Assembly (NCBI RefSeq): GCF_018977255.1
Contig: NW_024704745.1
Location: forward strand, 25,978,001 to 26,042,000
Length of the DNA: 64,000 nt
DNA from: Callorhinchus milii
Lineage: Eukaryota
Reading direction: 5' to 3'
The notes under the pieces are model-generated. The model made no database searches, was not told the DNA's origin, and saw only the letters and a program-made list of their open reading frames with translations. A program made the position numbers and the translations under genes. Positions 38,213 to 48,184 of this stretch are shown piece after piece (position 1 is the stretch's first letter; each line of letters opens with the position of its first letter).

Positions 38213-39755
38213 ACTTCAATAGATGTCACTTTTCTTAATATATTTGAATTTCCCCAAGTAATTACTTTCTTCAGGAGGTGGGCATTTTGTGCGCCAGGTA
38301 TCTTGTCAAGCCATTTGTTTTGCATACTTTGACTTTAAAGATCACTTACGCTTATTTGCATGTTAGTTCGGACTAAAGAGACATTTTCATGGCTTCCCTC
38401 AGCATAAGAATCAAAGAAAACTGCCACTCTGAAACTCAGTTTTTGAGAATTTATTAGCAGCATTTCCACATTGCAGATCAATAAACTGACTGAACAAAGT
38501 TAGTTTTCTACATTTTTGAATCAAGAATCTGCTTCAATGACAGTGGAAGCAGACTCCATGGAGAAAAAATCAAGATGGCTGCCATGTGTCTTGATGCATC
38601 ACTAGGTTGTGCTGATTGATTGAAAAAATCTGAGTTTTGCTCACAAAATACACAGTCACTACTCTTTAAAGTATATCTTGTGAAGTGCTTTGATACATCT
38701 CGACAATGTGATAACTTGCAAAATCAAAAGCAAGGATTATTGGCATTGACTGCTGAGTGTACCTTGGTGGTGGTTCAGGAAATGGTGGGAAATTTGCAAC
38801 ATTTCATAACTCATTCCTTTTGGTGGTTTTCACAGGAAATGTATATGAATCGCTGTTCATTTTACATTTCAAAATTCAAAATTGAAAAATCATTTTCCAT
38901 GGGATAAGCAATTACTTGAAATTCAAAATTACTGATCTAAAACCACGAATAAAAATTATCCATTGAGCTTATTTACTCAAGTGGATGAAAGAGAAAGACA
39001 AATTGCTTCTAAGACTGAAGGGGTTCGCTTACAATTGAATGTTCTTACAAAGTAAAGCCGGTTATTCTTTAGTTTGAGATAAGAATAGCCACTCTTCAAA
39101 GTCTGAGAAATGACTCCTTAGCACAGACAGGGAAAGTCGGCATTCATTTTTTCATTAAGTCTCTTTGAGAGCATGGAAGCTTTGCTGCCAATTTACTCCT
39201 ATGCATTGGCTTAGTCCTAAATACAGAAAAAGCCACAAAATACCTGAAATTCAAAAAGTAATCTTTATTCACGAGCAATTTAAGTGCTGGCCGGACAATA
39301 TAAAGCCCACGGGATTATCCATTTCCTTATGGTATATCATGAAAAATTATATGTCAAAAAGTGCTGTGAATAGTATTCGGAGGGAGATGTGCTCCAAATA
39401 AATATTCAACTTTAATGGTAAAAGTTTACTTGGATCACCTGTGCCTGCTGCATTAATATTTATCGAGATGCTCCTTGACTTCATTTGCTTGAAAGATCAA
39501 AAATCAATTCAGAGAATGAAAAATGCCCATTTAATTTTAGACTGAACAAAATGTGTGTCTGTCACTAGGTGTTAAATAAAAATTATCCTTTTCAATGGTA
39601 TATTGAAATATCATAAATTATTTAAAAAAATTAATTAGAAATGATTGTGTTACTTTTTGGTCAGCTTGGATGAATGCTCAGATATTACAAGCAAACATAA
39701 GGTTAATGCTGAAACCAAACCTTTTTGCATAGCATCAAAAGTCCACTAGGACTTA

Positions 39756-40073
39756 GTGGAGTCCTGTAGCTCAGTGGTTAGAGCACTCGCTTTGCAAGCG
39801 AGAGACCTGAGTTCAATTCCAGGCAGGGCGAAATCTTGGGCAAGTTTCCTTACTCCACACGCCTAATAATAATCTCTCCAAAACCCAAAACAATAATAAA
39901 TTGGTCATTTTCAATCTACGACTGTATGTGGGACATTGCTGTGCGCAATTGGCTGCTGCGTTCGCCCACAAATATACAGTCAATTCACTTTACAGTGTGT
40001 TCTGTGAAGCGCTTTGGGACGTCCTCCTGACGTGAAAAGCGCTATATCAAATGCAAGGATTATTATTATTATT
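39756..40073 (+). mobile_element. Full-length young family A SINE
   Basis: Nearly identical to 31148-31476, with CpGs retained. Confidence 0.96.
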
Positions 40074-40620
40074 AAGACATGGTATCAAAGCTTATCTATA
40101 TACAGTAACCAATTGGCTGCTCAAGATTGACTGATATTAATAACAGAGTGAGAGTGTTGTTTTAAACTGGTGTGGGAGGTTTAGGTGTTCAATATCAGAA
40201 ACTAATTGGTTAACTTGGATTTGAGTACCAACTGAAATATCTGAATTTTAACAACCACTTGCAAATAAACGTTTGAATGAGTGGAAAGTTTTCATCTTGG
40301 CTAAAAAGTTTTGCACAAGCAAAACTCCTCCTTCAACGAGAAAAAAAGGATAATGAGAAAAGTCAGAGATTGCATTCATGCCTCTAAAAGCTATCAGGGA
40401 TCAGGTGGATGTACATCCACCAGGATAATGTAAATCCCCTCCACCTTTCATAAGACTACAGGGGATCAGACTGAAACATATCTACTGCAAGATTATACAT
40501 CCATTTTACTGCTAGACTCCCTGGAATTGGACAGATGCTTACCCACTAGAAGAATGCATGCAAGAATTATTATAACACATACACCTCTATCTAAACCATG
40601 TTGCAAGATATCAGATAGGC

Positions 40621-40933
40621 TAATAATAATAATAATAATAATAATCCTTGTATTTGATATAGCGCTTTTCACGTCCCAAAGCGCTTCACAGAATACACTG
40701 TAAAGTGAATTGACTGTATATTTGTGGGCGAACGCGGCAGCCAATTGCACACAGCAATGTCCCACAAACAGTTGTGGATTGAAGATAACCAATTTATTAT
40801 TGTTTTTTGTTTTGGAGGGATTATTATTAGGCGTATGGGGTAAGGAAACTTGCCCAAGGTTTCGCCCTGGAATTGAACTCAGGTCTCTCCCTTGCAAAGC
40901 GAGTGCTCTAACCACTGAGCTACAGGACTCCAC
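40621..40933 (-). mobile_element. Full-length family A SINE with deleted inner hairpin
   Basis: Antisense copy; the stem-loop reads GCGCTTTTCACGTCCCAAAGCGC, 11 nt shorter than in the intact copies. Confidence 0.95.
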
Positions 40934-41139
40934 CACTGACTAGTGCCAGTGTAATACTTGATATCGTAATTCTAGGTGCAAGATATTTATTTGCTTTAAC
41001 AAGCACAATATTCAGAAATAAAGCACATTCCCAACCTTTTGTTGATACTTTTCAACCTAAACTTGATAAAGGAATTGGCTCAAATTTATTTAATTCAATT
41101 CAATTTATAACTTCAATGGGGGAGAGGGATTTTTCCCAA

Positions 41140-41460
41140 TCAAAGCTTTTGATGAGTAGGGTGGTCGTAGCTGCCAAGCAACAGGAAGCTTGTTAGACAC
41201 TGTTTTCAATGGCAAGCTGTGTGCTTTTAGGCAGTTTGACTCCAGCAATGCCCCAAAGCACACTATTGGATCCCCAAGTTTGCCTTAAATCAGCCTGTGC
41301 TGAATACCTTCTGGAATTAGGTAAGCAAGATGTGTCCCTCCAGGCAGAGAGTGCACATTCCAGACACAGGAAAATTTCCATGTGTCAGTGTCATAGAAAT
41401 ATGGAACTCATATGCTTTGGTTTGGATACCCTTAAGCAGGCAATGGGTTTGTATTTGTGT
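41140..41460 (+). repeat. Unrecognised dispersed repeat, copy 3
   Basis: TCCCTCCAGGCAGAGAGTGCACATTCCAGACACAGGAAAATTTCCATGTGT...GGTTTGGATACCCTTAAGCAGG. Confidence 0.8.
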
Positions 41461-43505
41461 CCCTAACACCTAGCCTGATAAAACATTCCTTAATACAATA
41501 GAAATGGAAAGAATTTATTAAGTCTCCAGGGTACAAAGTTGGGAGTGCTCCTTCTGAATCTCCTTTGTTACCAGGGGATAGTTTTCCTTTGAGTCTAACA
41601 TTTGATCTGAAGCATTACATTCTAAGACTTGTGTTGTTTTTATTGCAGTCGCCCAGTGTATTTGAACATTGAATTACCTAATGGTAAAATAAGATGACAA
41701 GATTATTTATACACTTTAAATACCAAGTTTTTTAAATGGTTTTTATATGTTGTAAAATTATATATTGTGCTAACTGATATAATCATTTGCCAATTACAAG
41801 ATAGAAAAAAGGGTCAAGTGACTGGCGTGAATCCATTGGTAGATCTATACTTGTGCTGCTTCATCAAACATTTCCAAGTTAAAGGATTTTATCGCCTTAC
41901 ATTCCATCACTAAACCTTTAGGCATATCTGACAAGTCAATTAGAAAATACAATTGATGTTGGATGTATGGTATTCATCAGTAAAATTATAATAGATTAGC
42001 AGAAAAGCTCTAAATACAAATAAATACAACATGCATATTGCAGTTTTATATCTAATGCATTCTGGAAAAAATAATAATACAATTAAATTTAAGACTATTC
42101 AGGAATTCATCAAATTATGGACACTCTGAAATAACAACAACTTGCAGCGCCCTTCACATGTAATTTTGTTGTTGTTGATAACTGAAAATATAAAGAAATA
42201 AACATAGCAGGGTTCCACTTTTATAGTTATTCATGGATAAACTGTCAGCACTTTGAAAATTGATCTCCATCCGTTGTACTGTGTAGCAATCTGATTTGGC
42301 AAAGGTTTATTTATACTTGATCTATACAACTGCTCATCTCAATCTCTCCAGCAGCAAAATTAGAGTTTTCATAGTGTACCATACGATAATAATAATAATT
42401 TTGATTTTTAATGGTACTCAGAGTATCATTTGAATTACACTCATTCAAGAAGGACTGGAAAGGATTCGAGTTCCAGTGTAAATCAGAGCAGATAATGTCA
42501 GAAGATTCCATTGCTATGGTTTCAGTAATTACTTCATTAAAGCTCCAGTTGAAATCCACAATGCTTTCTGCGATGGTGAAAGAGGTCATTTTCAATCTCA
42601 CATAGTTTTTAGCATTCTATATTTCTTCTATCAATTTTTAAATAGTCCAGAGATTCATATTTGATTTTACAAAAAAACAAGTTTCAATATCTGTGGACTT
42701 CACAGTTGCCCATGACCAGCATATTTCAGGATCATGAATATTGTGATGGCTTTAATGTAATCATACTAACAATAGGAATAATCATACTTACATTTGATAT
42801 AGCATTCACATTGGGAGGATGTCCCAATCAAAGGATAGACTGTCAAATGGAGTCACTATTTTGTAGGCGAACGCAGCAGCCACATTGCACATAGAAACAT
42901 ACATAGGTCATCTGGGTTTGCATCTGGCCCATTGAACATATCTTACACAAAAAGTCACAATGAACACAAAAATGTTTCTTCAGAGGTACTGTAGTATGCA
43001 CAACAAAGGTAGTACCTAGACTCTGAGAAAATATTTGTTGCTGTTTTTAACAGTTACACAAATAATTCTGGATGCTTTTACAAGAAAGCTGCATATCCAC
43101 CTAATACAAAAGGTTTAAATGCAGACTCTAATGTAATGATCAACTATGCACAAGAGATGTCTGAACAATAGGCTCACTGCACTTTTAGGCCACAGTTTAC
43201 AGCTAAACATTCCCCCTGAGAAAATACTGCGATGACTCCTCTCCATTAACCTTCCCATCTGTGGTACCATGCACTAAGCAAGATCGGAAGAGCTCAGTGT
43301 TAGATTGCTTCAGTTTTCACTGCAGGTCATGCAGATATGGTCAATGTGTTCCAAGGGAACAATGCAAACTGAATGTCAGCTGAAATAGTTTGAGCCAGAA
43401 TTCAAACAGTAGAACTAATGTGTTCAGTAGTTTTGAAAAGATTAGAAATGTTTGGCTGGTCTCTTTAATAACAACAGGGATAAGATTGAAGTTAATGGAG
43501 TATAT

Positions 43506-43806
43506 AATAATAATAATCCTTGCATTTGATACAGCACTTTTCACGTCTTCTAGACGTCTCAAAGTGCTTCACAGAATATACTGTAAAGTAAATTGACCGT
43601 ATATTTGTGGGCGAAACGCGGCAGCCAATTGTGCACAGCAGTGTCCCAAAACAGTCGTGCATCGAAAATGACCAATTTATTATTTTGTTTTTTGGAGGGA
43701 TTATTATTAGGCATGTGGGGTAAGGAAACTTGCCCAAGGTTTTGCTCTGCCTGGAATTGAACCCAGGTGTCTCGCTTGCAAGGTGAGTGCTCTAACCACT
43801 GAGCTA
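43506..43806 (-). mobile_element. Family A SINE, nearly full length
   Basis: Antisense tail, core and tRNA head up to CTAACCACTGAGCTA. Confidence 0.93.
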
Positions 43807-44249
43807 GAGAAATATAATATTTTGGGGGCAAGTTTGACCATTTCAGATGGACAACAAATTAAACGAAGAATTTGAAAATTACTGAAGCAAAAACACTAAA
43901 TGCATTTCATTGAACAAGCCTTCAGTCTAGAACACATGAAGGGTCAAATTGACACTTTTGGTAAATCATACACCAAAGAGAATTTTTGATCTTTTTTTCC
44001 CTTGTGACTTCTGTTAATGCACTTCTAAGATATATCACAACCTAACAATAGATATATGATTATCAATGATTCAGTACATTTAATAGTTGGTGACTGGCTG
44101 TCATCTTAAGTGCAATTTTTTGAAAACTTGCAGGCAGTAAATATATTTTAAGCTCTTGCACACATTAGAAAGTACAAACACTGTCTGTTCCAATGGCAAA
44201 AGGATTTCTCACACTAGCAAATGAATCATGAATGATAACTGGAGTGCAA

Positions 44250-44345
44250 TGTAAACAGGTTGGAGAGGTATGAAGTGACTTGTACATGAGTGGGAGGATC
44301 TTGAAATTGATATGTCCTGCTCCCTCTTGAGGGGGAGATCCAATC
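44250..44345 (-). mobile_element. Old L2 fragment
   Basis: INFKILPLMYKSLH motif. Confidence 0.6.
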
Positions 44346-44372
44346 CAGCGAGCCACAATTCCCAGGTAGGTG

Positions 44373-44470
44373 TAATTACAATGCCAGTACTGGCATTTAC
44401 CGCCTTTTTTGGCGCCAGCTTTATTAATGCTGAACAATGGCAGTGAATGCCGGTACTGGCATTATGATTG
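44373..44470. repeat. About 98-bp hairpin whose arms each contain an 18-bp palindrome
   Basis: AATGCCAGTACTGGCATT (perfect) and AATGCCGGTACTGGCATT; 32-bp arms differ only by transitions. Confidence 0.85.
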
Positions 44471-44841
44471 TTTGAATGCCATCAGCAGAAGATAACAAAC
44501 CAGCTATCTTCTGCCCAGGGGATTCAAACTGAGTCAAAGTCAAAATCTGCAGCCACTGAAGGCGAGCAACATTGTGAGGTGGGGACAGGTGCAAGGAGAG
44601 TTTCAGGCACGGTCCGGAATTCGTGTTCCAGGTATCCGGAGTAAACCAGGGGTTTACTGTACTTGCTTCTGATTTGCAAACTTGCACCTCAAAACTAAAT
44701 GGTCCTTCTGTAAAAGCCTACACTGCTTATCAGAAGTTCTGCTAATCCTGTTTGTTTTCCATCTGATCCTGTCTGCTTCTGTTGATGGTTTTCATCTAAG
44801 TTAACATGGCATTAGCTTTTCATTCTAGCTCTCATATCAGG

Positions 44842-45108
44842 GTGTCAGCCTGGCTCAGTTGGTAGCAATTTTTATGCAGTGCAGTGTTGAAGGTGCCATT
44901 GTTTGAATGAGTCCTGTTTGACTGTTCTTATAGATTTACATAGAATGTACAGCACAGAAATAGGGCATTCTACCCAACTAGTTCACATCATATACAGCCC
45001 ACAAAATATATAGTCAATTCACTTTACAGTATATTCTGTGAAGCGCTTTGGGATGCCTTGTAGATGTGATAAGGCACTATATCAAATGCAAGGACATTAT
45101 TATTATCA
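44842..45108 (+). mobile_element. Deu-SINE head and SINE 3' end separated by an antisense CR1 tail (about 44929-44990)
   Basis: GTGTCAGCCTGGCTCAGTTGGTAGCA; ATAGAATGTACAGCACAGAAATAGGGCATTC; GCCCACAAAAT...ATCAAATGCAAGGACATTATTATT. Confidence 0.7.
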
Positions 45109-45204
45109 GTCTCCACCCACTGCTTACTCCCTCTCATGTCCTTCTAGTCCCTTCTCTCTTGCGTATATATCTAGACTCCTCTTATGTATCTATACTATAT
45201 GCTT

Positions 45205-45718
45205 CAACAACATCAACAACAAGATTACATTTGTATAGTGTCTTTCACGTGGGGAGGACATCCCAAGGTGCTGGACAGAGTACAGCATTTCAGACCCGAG
45301 CTGGGTTGGGCGGGTAAGGGAGGGGAAGGGAGGTGGCTGTTGGCATGGTCGAAGAGGAGGGTCTTGAGGCAGGACTTGAAGGAGGCTAAGGAGTGGGCAA
45401 GCGGAGTGACTGGTGGATGGAATTCCAGAGGTTGAAGGCAGAGTGGCTGAAGGCTCTCCCGCGAATGATGGGGCGGGTGGATCGGGTGATGTGGAGCAGG
45501 CCAGAGCCGGCTGAGCGGAGGGAAAGGGCAGGTTGGTAGGGGTTTAGGAGGTCGCAGAGGTAGGGTGGGGCGAGACCATGGAGGGCTTTGTGTATGAGGA
45601 TCAGGATCTTGAACTGGATCCTCTGAAGGATAGGGAGCCAGTGGAGTCGGGCGAAATTGGGAGAGATGGGGTTCCGGAGTTTGGTGCGGGAGAGGACACG
45701 GGCTGCAGAGTTCTGGAT
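45205..45718 (-). mobile_element. L2 LINE 3' fragment
   Basis: Stem-loop and (TTG)n tail; SFKSCLKTLLFDHA and IQFKILILIHKALHG motifs. Confidence 0.93.
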
Positions 45719-47189
45719 TCAACCACTGCTTTGGGCAGCAGGTTCCATATTCTCCTCATCTTTTATGATTATCTAATGGCTAAACCTTTTTGGAAGTGTT
45801 TGTTCTCTTGTCACATGGTTGAAATGCATTTCCAATTTGGTCAATTAAGGTTAGTGTAAATGCCACTAGGTTGGCCAAAATGCCTTGGCTACTGAGCTTA
45901 ATTGCGTGGGTGTTGGACAACATGTTAAAATTATTAAAGAAATAACATTTAAAAGAACAAGATGCACCCAATCTTCCTGTCATTTGAGAAGTTCACTGGA
46001 TTTGCAAAGATCAGCTGTGAAACCTAAAAGTGATACATTGCATTTATAGAGCGTATAGTTCTCTCTGGACATTACCCTTTGCTTGAATAATTTGTACTTT
46101 TACATTGTAAATGTGTATATATTCCAATTCATTGAGGCAAAAAATATGTAACAAGTGAATCTAAATGTCATCCTTCTATGATTTGTTTCTTTCTGTTTTT
46201 TAATAATTTACAATCCCCAAATGTCAATCCTACAATCACATAGCAATATTTTTTACTAGTCAGAATTAGAGCATTAATCCGTTGCATCTGCTGTTTTTCC
46301 GGAGTGTAAAACCAGTGTAAAACCAGTTGCCTCATAGGCTTGCTACAGATGTCTGGGTTCCATTTAGCACAAAGTATCAAAAATATTTTCAGTTCATAGT
46401 AACAACTTGGAAATGTATCATTTTTGACGGTTTTATAAACAGTGAAACATAGAGCTCAATACAACATGTATATTGTTTTGAGTCGTCTCTGAGTAGAAGA
46501 TACGATTATCATTCCTTGGTCCTCAAATTGAAAATGTTCATACTGTATCTACCCATATATTGAATGCTAAAAATAGTGATCTTTTCAACATGGCTTTAAT
46601 GTTTATCTAAGATGTAGCCCCAAAAAAGGTACTTTTAGCATTCAAAGTATAATAAAGTCACTGCCATTGTTATTTTATATTGATTCTGCCAGCATTCTTT
46701 GGAACTCTACCCCAGAGTGCCTTACCTCCATTTTCCTCGCCTTCAAACCCACCTGAAGACTTCCCCTGCACTTTTCTCATGGACAGTTTGACTCTGTTGC
46801 ACTCAGACAAAGAACTGCTGAATGTGACTGAGAGCACTAAAAAAATTGCTGTCACAGGCCTCCAAAGCTTTGCATCCTGACAGAAGATATAGTCGTATCA
46901 CTGCCGTTTTCATAATAATTCTAACTTTGGTGTAAGCTAGGTAAAGAATGAAAGGAATTTTTGGCAACTTTGTCTGTGCAGGCTATACTGCTTGTTGTCT
47001 AATGTTGTCAACCAACAGGTTATGAGTCACGGTAACTCCAGGGACTGGCAATACTATTGGTCTGAAGCCCTATATCTGGTTCTTGACCAAAACCATTTTT
47101 TTACACCTCTAAAATATCACCTGTATCTGTCACTATCGCTCCCTCAAAGAAGCAAAAACCTTCATTCACACCTTTATCAACTTTAGACT

Positions 47190-47480
47190 TGATTTCCCTC
47201 ATGCTTTCCTCACCAGTCTTCCTACTTCAATCGTAAGAAAGCTTCAGCTCATCCAGAGGCCCACAGTATATATGATTCCCACACTAAGCTCCATGTACCT
47301 ATCGTCATATCTTCAACAGGCTCCAATAGCTACTTGCATCCTACCAGATTGACTTAAATCCTAGTTTTGAGTTTCAAATCCCTTCACACTCTTGTTCCAC
47401 TCATCTCTGTAATCCCCTCCAGTGCTAGTCTCCCACCCATTCTCTCTGCTCTGCAAACTCAGAGCTGCTGCTTATCCCTC
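47190..47480 (+). mobile_element. Old L2 fragment
   Basis: AAGCTTCAGCTCATCCAG (KLQLIQ) and ATCCTAGTTTTGAGTTTCAAATCCCTTCAC (ILVLSFKSLH). Confidence 0.6.
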
Positions 47481-48184
47481 AAACCCTTGCTACACATAAC
47501 TTTCTCGAGAAATATTTTGATAGAAAATCAACAATTTCACTGTTTATGATCATATCAGAGCTGAGAGGAAATGTGATGAGATGTAGGGGGCAGCCCATGG
47601 GTATTTTGCGATTTCCTCTATTTTCTATTTTAGATGTACCTGGTTTCTGCTCTTCACTTCTCTGAAGGACAACTAATATTAAAGTCATATGGGGAAAGAT
47701 GTGAATAAATCTGAGCCCTAACAGTCTGTGGAGCTCCAAAATGAAGCACCTAATTTATGTGATACCAAAATAGTTGCAAATGTCAACATGGCTGTAACTC
47801 ACACTCTGAACATTTGATAGCCTTCCAACAAACATCCACAAGTTAGAGAAAAGACAGATGGTGAGTACAAATGAAAAAGAACTATATGATAAATCAATGC
47901 CATACAATTGATGGGCAATAGCCCAAACTCTAACTTCCAATTTTTCTCTTCACGATTTCCAAAGACTTAAATCATGTATGACACATAGCAAATAGTACCA
48001 TAGGGTACTGTTGACCTATCCCATAGGAATTTGTTGGGCTTCAAACTCCTCAGCCTATTTAGAACCTCAGTCTTGCTTATATTAACTATTCACCTAAACA
48101 ATACAGTTATCATACAATAAAATCTTATGAATCCCTTTGTGATGTTCTCTTGATGTGAAAGGTGCTTCATCGATTCAATGTTTG

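Noticed and set aside
37504-38325. Longest ORF in the window (273 aa) as a host gene
   Set aside because: Its middle is L2 ORF2 C-terminus and tail; both ends are chance read-through into flanking DNA
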